A stretch of DNA of 64,000 bases from Patescibacteria group bacterium. GTDB taxonomy: Bacteria; Patescibacteriota; Kazan-3B-28. Position numbers and translations under genes: made by a program. Each line of letters starts with the position of its first letter. The stretch's first letter is position 1. Below the pieces are notes generated by a model, which saw only the letters and a program-made list of their open reading frames with translations, was not told the DNA's origin and ran no database searches. Where the stretch lies: contig JBAZNQ010000001.1 in NCBI GenBank assembly GCA_041649135.1, positions 291,037 through 355,036 of the forward strand, in the 5' to 3' direction. This document shows positions 59,149 to 64,000 of the stretch, in pieces.

Positions 59149-60417
59149 TCACTTCCGCTCTTTTAATTTTCGTTGAATTGCTTTTAATAAATCCCTATCC
59201 ATTACCGATTCTTGAGTTCCATCAGCCAAATCACGAATAATCACCGAACCGTCATGCACTTCTTGTTCGCCAACAATAATCGCCAACTTGGTTTTCAATC
59301 TATCCGCAACTCGCAATTGGCTCTTGATACTTTCTCTCCCCAAAGCGTGTGCCACTCTGAAGCCGGCATCTTGTACTTGAGTAATTACCTTAATCGCCTT
59401 TTTCTTAGCTTCATCACCCAATTGCGCCACAAAAATGTCACTCATGACAGGTTCCGGTATCACCACCCCTTGTTGTTTCATCACGTCAATTGTCCGTTCA
59501 ACTCCTAATGCAAACCCAACTGCCGGTGTATCTGGTCCACCCAGCAATTTCATCAGTCCGTCATACCGACCACCGCCACCAAGCGAATCTCGACTCTCTT
59601 TATTCACCACCTCAAATACAGTATGGCTATAATAATCCAACCCCCGTACCAATCGCGGGGTTAATTCATAGTTCACTCCCATATCATCCAAATATTCCAA
59701 AACTTTATGGAAAAAGTTACGCGAATCTGGTGTCAGGTTGTCCAACACTACACTCCCCGCTTCTTCCATAATCGGTTGACAGCCGCGTTCCTTACAATCC
59801 AAAGTCCTCAACGGATTCTTCACCATTCGGTTTTTACAATCATTACACAGCTGTCTCCGATGGGCTGACAAAAAATCTACCAATGCTTTGTTAATTTTCA
59901 CTCGGCTTTTGGCGTCCCCGATACTATTTACCTTAACCACCAAATCTTTCAGCCCAAGTTTTTCATAAAACTTCATCATGACAGCAATCATCTGCGCATC
60001 CGTAGTCGGATCCAGCTCACCAAACAATTCTGCCCCCACTTGGTAAAACTCCCGAAATCTTCCGGCCTGCGGTCGATCGTATCGGAACATCGGACCAAAA
60101 TAAAACAATTTCACCGGCTGTGGTTCTTTATGCATCCCATGTTCAATGTAAGCTCGCGCCACACCCGCTGTCCCTTCTGGCCGCAACGTGATCGAATTCC
60201 CGCCTCGGTCTTTGAAGGTATACATTTCCTTACTCACCATATCAGTCGCTTCGCCCACCCCACGCGTGAACAAATTTGTATCTTCAAAAGTCGGCAATAT
60301 CATCCGACCAAAACCCGCCGACAACATCATGTCGCGGAAAGTATCCTCCACAAACATCCAGTACTTTTGCTCACTCGGCAAAATGTCCTGCGTTCCCCTT
60401 GGCTTTTGATATTTCAT
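59149..60417 (-). CDS. hisS: histidine--tRNA ligase
   Basis: Class II motifs (...FRYDRPQAGRFREF...) and the HisRS-specific GGRYD-like region GGGGRYDGL. Confidence 0.9.
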   Translation of the reverse strand: MKYQKPRGTQDILPSEQKYWMFVEDTFRDMMLSAGFGRMILPTFEDTNLFTRGVGEATDMVSKEMYTFKDRGGNSITLRPEGTAGVARAYIEHGMHKEPQPVKLFYFGPMFRYDRPQAGRFREFYQVGAELFGELDPTTDAQMIAVMMKFYEKLGLKDLVVKVNSIGDAKSRVKINKALVDFLSAHRRQLCNDCKNRMVKNPLRTLDCKERGCQPIMEEAGSVVLDNLTPDSRNFFHKVLEYLDDMGVNYELTPRLVRGLDYYSHTVFEVVNKESRDSLGGGGRYDGLMKLLGGPDTPAVGFALGVERTIDVMKQQGVVIPEPVMSDIFVAQLGDEAKKKAIKVITQVQDAGFRVAHALGRESIKSQLRVADRLKTKLAIIVGEQEVHDGSVIIRDLADGTQESVMDRDLLKAIQRKLKERK

Positions 60418-60521
60418 AACTCTGTCTATTATAGCTATCTCGGTCCTGCTCCGCCAGCTAATCAGGATAATAAAAAGGGGCGAATTGGATTGTCTCCAAC
60501 CGCCCTCTTTGGTGTGTTCCC

Positions 60522-60989
60522 TTAGATATCGCTGTTCTCCACTGGCTTGGCAACTGTCGACGGTATCGCAGTCCCACCGTCGAGCAAGAATGTCACCAGA
60601 CGTCTAGACACTGGATTGAACAACAGATATCCGTTTACCGAAGATATCCGACCGTCTAGCCCCGGATATTCCGTGGGCGCTTCCTTGAAGCGTCGCCCCT
60701 GCCGGTAAACCCAAATCGTCATCTTTCCGTTCTCGGTTTCTGGCTTAATCTCGTCACCCTCTAGTCCTTCATAGCTGACAAGGATCATTTGGCGCACCGT
60801 AGCCACTTCACCGGCCGGATTCGTTATCACCAAGTCTCGCACCACCGGTTCAGACCAGAATGGCATTTTTTCACTTACTGCCGTTCCACACAGCACTATC
60901 ACTCCCAGCAAGATGACAACCATCATTATCGCCAACCCGCCGCCGATGATGTTGGACCAATAAGACTTTCTCCTCACCACACACCTCAA
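60522..60989 (-). CDS. hypothetical membrane-anchored protein
   Basis: An N-terminal TM helix followed by a soluble domain; no recognisable motifs. Confidence 0.4.
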   Translation of the reverse strand: MRCVVRRKSYWSNIIGGGLAIMMVVILLGVIVLCGTAVSEKMPFWSEPVVRDLVITNPAGEVATVRQMILVSYEGLEGDEIKPETENGKMTIWVYRQGRRFKEAPTEYPGLDGRISSVNGYLLFNPVSRRLVTFLLDGGTAIPSTVAKPVENSDI

Positions 60990-61130
60990 TGTTCAAATTA
61001 ACATCATCTGATGTCGGCTCCAGTCTACTATTTTCCCCCTCCCAGTCAAGATAATCTATTCAATCTCACCAATCTAAATAATCTGCACCAATATTCTTTT
61101 GGTTAGATTGGAATAAATTGGATAAATTGG

Positions 61131-62834
61131 TTAGATTTGGCCCGCTATCGCAGGTCTTATCCCCGCTAGTTTATTCTGTGGGAAACTTCTCCCCTGCCAA
61201 GTCGAGATCCCCATCGTAAATGCCACATCATACATTCTGTCTGTTTTCAGATCGAATGTTAGTTCCCAACCATCCCACGCCACCACTTGCAGTTGATTTC
61301 CGGCTTCATCCATAAATGTCAACCGCAAATGTCGGCTACTCGGTCCAAACAATTCGTAGGCAAATAATCTTGCTTTGCTCACCCCCAAAATTGGCAAACT
61401 ATTCCCAAACCCAAATGGTGCAAACCGATGAATTGTTTCCAAAAGTTGTGGCGTTACCAAACTCATCTCCAACCACACCGCAATATTTAAATTCGGCCTC
61501 AAATCTTCATCGCTAATTTCTCGCAATGCTATCTTTTCCAATTCAGTTTGGAATATCTCAAACTTATCTGCTGCTACCGTCAACCCCGCCGCTTTAGCAT
61601 GCCCACCGTAATGGGCGATATGCTGCTCAACTTTTTTCAACAATTCTACGATCTGTACTCCATCCACACTCCGACATGAGCCCCGACATACTTCGTTTTG
61701 AAATTCAAATACCAACGCTGGTCGACTGTATTGTTCCACTAATCGACTCGCTACAATTCCCGCTACTCCGATCGACCATTCCCTATCTCCCACGACAATG
61801 ATTTTTTTATCAAGAAACTCACGCTCTCGTCCAGTCGCGGTTTTCAGCATCTGGTCAGTCATTTCCTGTCGCCGAGCATTTAGATCATTCAATTCTCTTG
61901 CCAAATTCACCGCCGTTTCTCGGTCAGTCGCGTTCAGCAGATCAAATGCCAATTTTGCGTGATCCAATCTGCCCGCCGCATTCAATCGCGGCCCGATTTG
62001 AAATCCTACATGATAAACATCTAGTTCTTGTCCTTTCAATCCTGCCGTTTCGATCAACGCTTGCAGCCCGAGGTTGTTTGTCCGATTTAATAATTTCAAT
62101 CCCTCTACCGCCAACACCCGATTATCACCCGTCAATGGCACTACATCCGCGATCGTCCCCAAGCCCACTAAATCTAAGTACTGTCTCGCCTTGGTCTCTC
62201 CAATTAACTTGCGTACCAAATGATATGTTACTCCTACTGCCGCTAATTCTTTAAATGGATATTGACTATCTGGTAATTTGGGATTGATCAACGCATCGGC
62301 TCGCGGTAGTCCCGTTGGCACCTGATGATGATCCACCACGATCACATCCAGCCCTAAACTTTTTGCTAACGCAATATCATCTACACTCGTTGTCCCGTTA
62401 TCAACAGTAATTAATAGATCAGCACCGTCAGTTTTCAACTGCCGCACCGCTTCTGCGTTCAGACCATAGCCTTCTTTTAATCGCTCCGGCAAATAAACAT
62501 CGATCTTGGCTCCCAAGCTTTTTAACGCCGAACCCAACACCGTCGCCGATGTCACCCCATCAACATCATAATCGCCATACACCACTATCCACTCCCTTTG
62601 CTCAATTGCCTGCCGAATTCGCTCCACCGCCTTATCCAAATCTTTCAGCAAACTCGGATCGTCTAGATTGTCTAGATCTGGGTGTAAAAATCTCTCCGCC
62701 TCTGTCTTGGTAAGTATCCCCCGCTGTATCAAAAGTTGAGCTGTTACAAAGTCGTAATCGCTCAAATCGGCTGGGATTTCTCCCAACTCCGGAGCCGTCC
62801 ATCTAGTTTTCTCACCCGTTAGTATCCCTCTCAT
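61131..62834 (-). CDS. recJ: single-stranded-DNA-specific exonuclease RecJ
   Basis: DHH and DHHA1 motifs (VVDHH..., GGGH) in a 567-aa protein. Confidence 0.85.
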   Translation of the reverse strand: MRGILTGEKTRWTAPELGEIPADLSDYDFVTAQLLIQRGILTKTEAERFLHPDLDNLDDPSLLKDLDKAVERIRQAIEQREWIVVYGDYDVDGVTSATVLGSALKSLGAKIDVYLPERLKEGYGLNAEAVRQLKTDGADLLITVDNGTTSVDDIALAKSLGLDVIVVDHHQVPTGLPRADALINPKLPDSQYPFKELAAVGVTYHLVRKLIGETKARQYLDLVGLGTIADVVPLTGDNRVLAVEGLKLLNRTNNLGLQALIETAGLKGQELDVYHVGFQIGPRLNAAGRLDHAKLAFDLLNATDRETAVNLARELNDLNARRQEMTDQMLKTATGREREFLDKKIIVVGDREWSIGVAGIVASRLVEQYSRPALVFEFQNEVCRGSCRSVDGVQIVELLKKVEQHIAHYGGHAKAAGLTVAADKFEIFQTELEKIALREISDEDLRPNLNIAVWLEMSLVTPQLLETIHRFAPFGFGNSLPILGVSKARLFAYELFGPSSRHLRLTFMDEAGNQLQVVAWDGWELTFDLKTDRMYDVAFTMGISTWQGRSFPQNKLAGIRPAIAGQI

Positions 62835-63118
62835 CGTATCGCTATTGTACTCTATTGACCCACCCGACCCATCTTGCTAGGATAATCTCGCTGGCGTGCA
62901 TTGGCAAATAGCTGAATATCGTAGACTTGGCCCAAAGCGACACTGGCGCTATTCGCCAGTACACGCCAGCGACCAACTCTGGATTAACCGCACCCGACAG
63001 GTGGGATGCGAGCCTTCTTCTCACGCATGCCGAGAAAGGGCTCGCATCCCTTCACTCCTTCTTGTACCTTCGGGGACACCATCAAGTATTACTCTTGATA
63101 ACCATCATCCCCCTTATG

Positions 63119-63156
63119 CCCCCGCATACTCATCTGTGCGGGGGTTTCTTTTTGTA
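63119..63156 (+). terminator. canonical intrinsic terminator on the plus strand (no annotated plus-strand gene upstream)
   Basis: cccccgcatactcatctgtgcggggg followed by tttctttttg. Confidence 0.5.
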
Positions 63157-63165
63157 TTCCCATCC

Positions 63166-63345
63166 GCCATTGGAGCTTGAGCGTCCTGAATCAATAAAAT
63201 CCCTCCAATCAGCGTGCCCGCTGTTTGACGACCGTAGGGAGGAGTTCGGTGATAAGCAGATGGAGAGGATTTTGTTAGATTCAGAGCGAAAGCGACTGGC
63301 GGAAACTTTTGTGTTACTTTTCTAGAAAAGTAACCGCCACCTTCA
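63166..63345. ncRNA. conserved ~185-nt structured element, copy 3
   Basis: Relative to copy 1 it carries a compensatory pair change in the long helix (cagtaaaat/attttactag becomes caataaaat/attttgttag). Confidence 0.4.
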
Positions 63346-63354
63346 GTACGGCGT

Positions 63355-63460
63355 GAGTACTGGAAAAGAAAAATAAACAAAAACATTTTCTGTTTCTGTC
63401 TGGATTCCCGCCGGAGTTTATCCCGACTAGTCGGGGCGGGAATGACAAAAAAGAAAAACG
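63355..63460. repeat. GATTCCCGCC-palindrome-GGCGGGAATGAC repeat copy
   Basis: aaaacattttctgtttctgtctggattcccgccggagtttatcccgactagtcggggcgggaatgac. Confidence 0.55.
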
Positions 63461-63538
63461 GACAAGCAAAAAGAGACGCTGGATCAAACACCAGCTTGCG
63501 TTTGGTCTCTGCTCGATGGCAATCGGCAAAAAGAAAAA

Positions 63539-64000
63539 CTATTGAATCGGTTTTTGCCGATCAACCGCATTCTGCCACATCAGCAGCAGTGGCGAAGCCA
63601 CAAAAATTGATGAGTAAGTGCCTAAAATTACACCGATCAATAGTGATAGTGTAAAGAAGAACGTTGTCCGTCCGCCCATCAAAGTCATCGCCAACAATAC
63701 CAACACCAAAGTAAAAGTAGTGTTAATTGAACGAGTAATAGTCTCCACGATACTATCATTGACTGTCTGCTCAAAGTTAGCCGCTCCTTTACGGATCAAG
63801 TTCTCCCGCAGACGGTCGTAGGTTACGATCGTGTCGTGCACCGAGAATCCAAGCAGAGTCAGTAAAGCCGTGATGAACATCCCGTCAATCTCCGCACCAA
63901 AGAAATGGCTCAACAAAGAATACACACCCAGCAGAATTACCACATCATGTGCCAATAGAGCCACTACCGCTGTCGCGCCAAATCGCCATGAGTTCGTTGG
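63539..64000 (-). CDS. secF: protein-export membrane protein SecF (C-terminal part; gene runs off window end)
   Basis: Six-TM SecF-like C-terminal region (...ITALLTLLGFSVHDTIVTYDRLREN...). Confidence 0.7.
   Translation of the reverse strand, partial: PTNSWRFGATAVVALLAHDVVILLGVYSLLSHFFGAEIDGMFITALLTLLGFSVHDTIVTYDRLRENLIRKGAANFEQTVNDSIVETITRSINTTFTLVLVLLAMTLMGGRTTFFFTLSLLIGVILGTYSSIFVASPLLLMWQNAVDRQKPIQ

Noticed and set aside
62840-63345. tmRNA, SRP RNA, 6S or RNase P assignment for the structured regions
   Set aside because: I could not find the defining conserved blocks by inspection (tRNA-like T-arm and tag ORF for tmRNA, GGAA/AGCAG domain IV for SRP, the P4 GGAAAGUCCGG block for RNase P). 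They are left as unassigned structured elements pending an Rfam scan.
960-63460. CRISPR array hypothesis for the recurring GTCATTCC...GGAATGAC elements
   Set aside because: The copies are dispersed over the whole window and not regularly spaced. Each is internally palindromic with variable inner hairpins rather than a constant repeat with unique spacers, and there are no cas genes.

Overview
This 64 kb window is low-GC (roughly 40-45%) and almost entirely minus-strand housekeeping genes. The translation apparatus is well represented: glyQS (partial), rplI, prfB, serS, lysS, greA, rpsB-tsf-frr, rplU, ileS, hisS, rpsU and a tRNA-Val(CAC). Cell-division, envelope and secretion genes are also present: an EnvC-like M23 peptidase with ftsX and ftsE, ftsA-ftsZ, secA, secF (partial), lepB, rseP, uppS and ctpA. 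Other recognisable genes include nrdR/nrdJ, recJ, ybeY and folD. The gene content and several short or divergent proteins suggest a small-genome organism, possibly a CPR/Patescibacteria-like one, and there are four paralogous four-helix-bundle (23S-IVS/Avd-type) genes. The backbone is interrupted by accessory material:

1. A complete diversity-generating retroelement (DGR) at about 31.3-33.9 kb. It has a reverse transcriptase (RT) with a GNLTSQ motif and an Avd gene. Its ~110-bp template repeat (TR) and variable repeat (VR) differ at 18 positions, all at TR adenines. A GC hairpin sits downstream of the VR, and the target gene carries the VR at its C-terminus.
2. A tight three-gene operon of a NUDIX hydrolase, a small uncharacterised alpha/beta protein and a GIY-YIG/T5orf172-like protein.
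3. A cassette at the 5' end of secA, carrying a duplicated secA start and flanked by two identical 38-nt palindromes.
4. A GC-rich array of small ORFs, each with near-identical terminator/promoter modules.
5. Three copies of a ~185-nt conserved, apparently structured non-coding element.
6. A very high density of intergenic palindromic (MITE/REP-like) repeats and 7-mer tandem repeats. Some of these sit in frame inside ileS, secA and an RND transporter gene.
7. Several GC-rich (~55%) patches, probably horizontally acquired, including a PKD-domain lipoprotein and unknown ORFs.

No rRNA or CRISPR array was seen.
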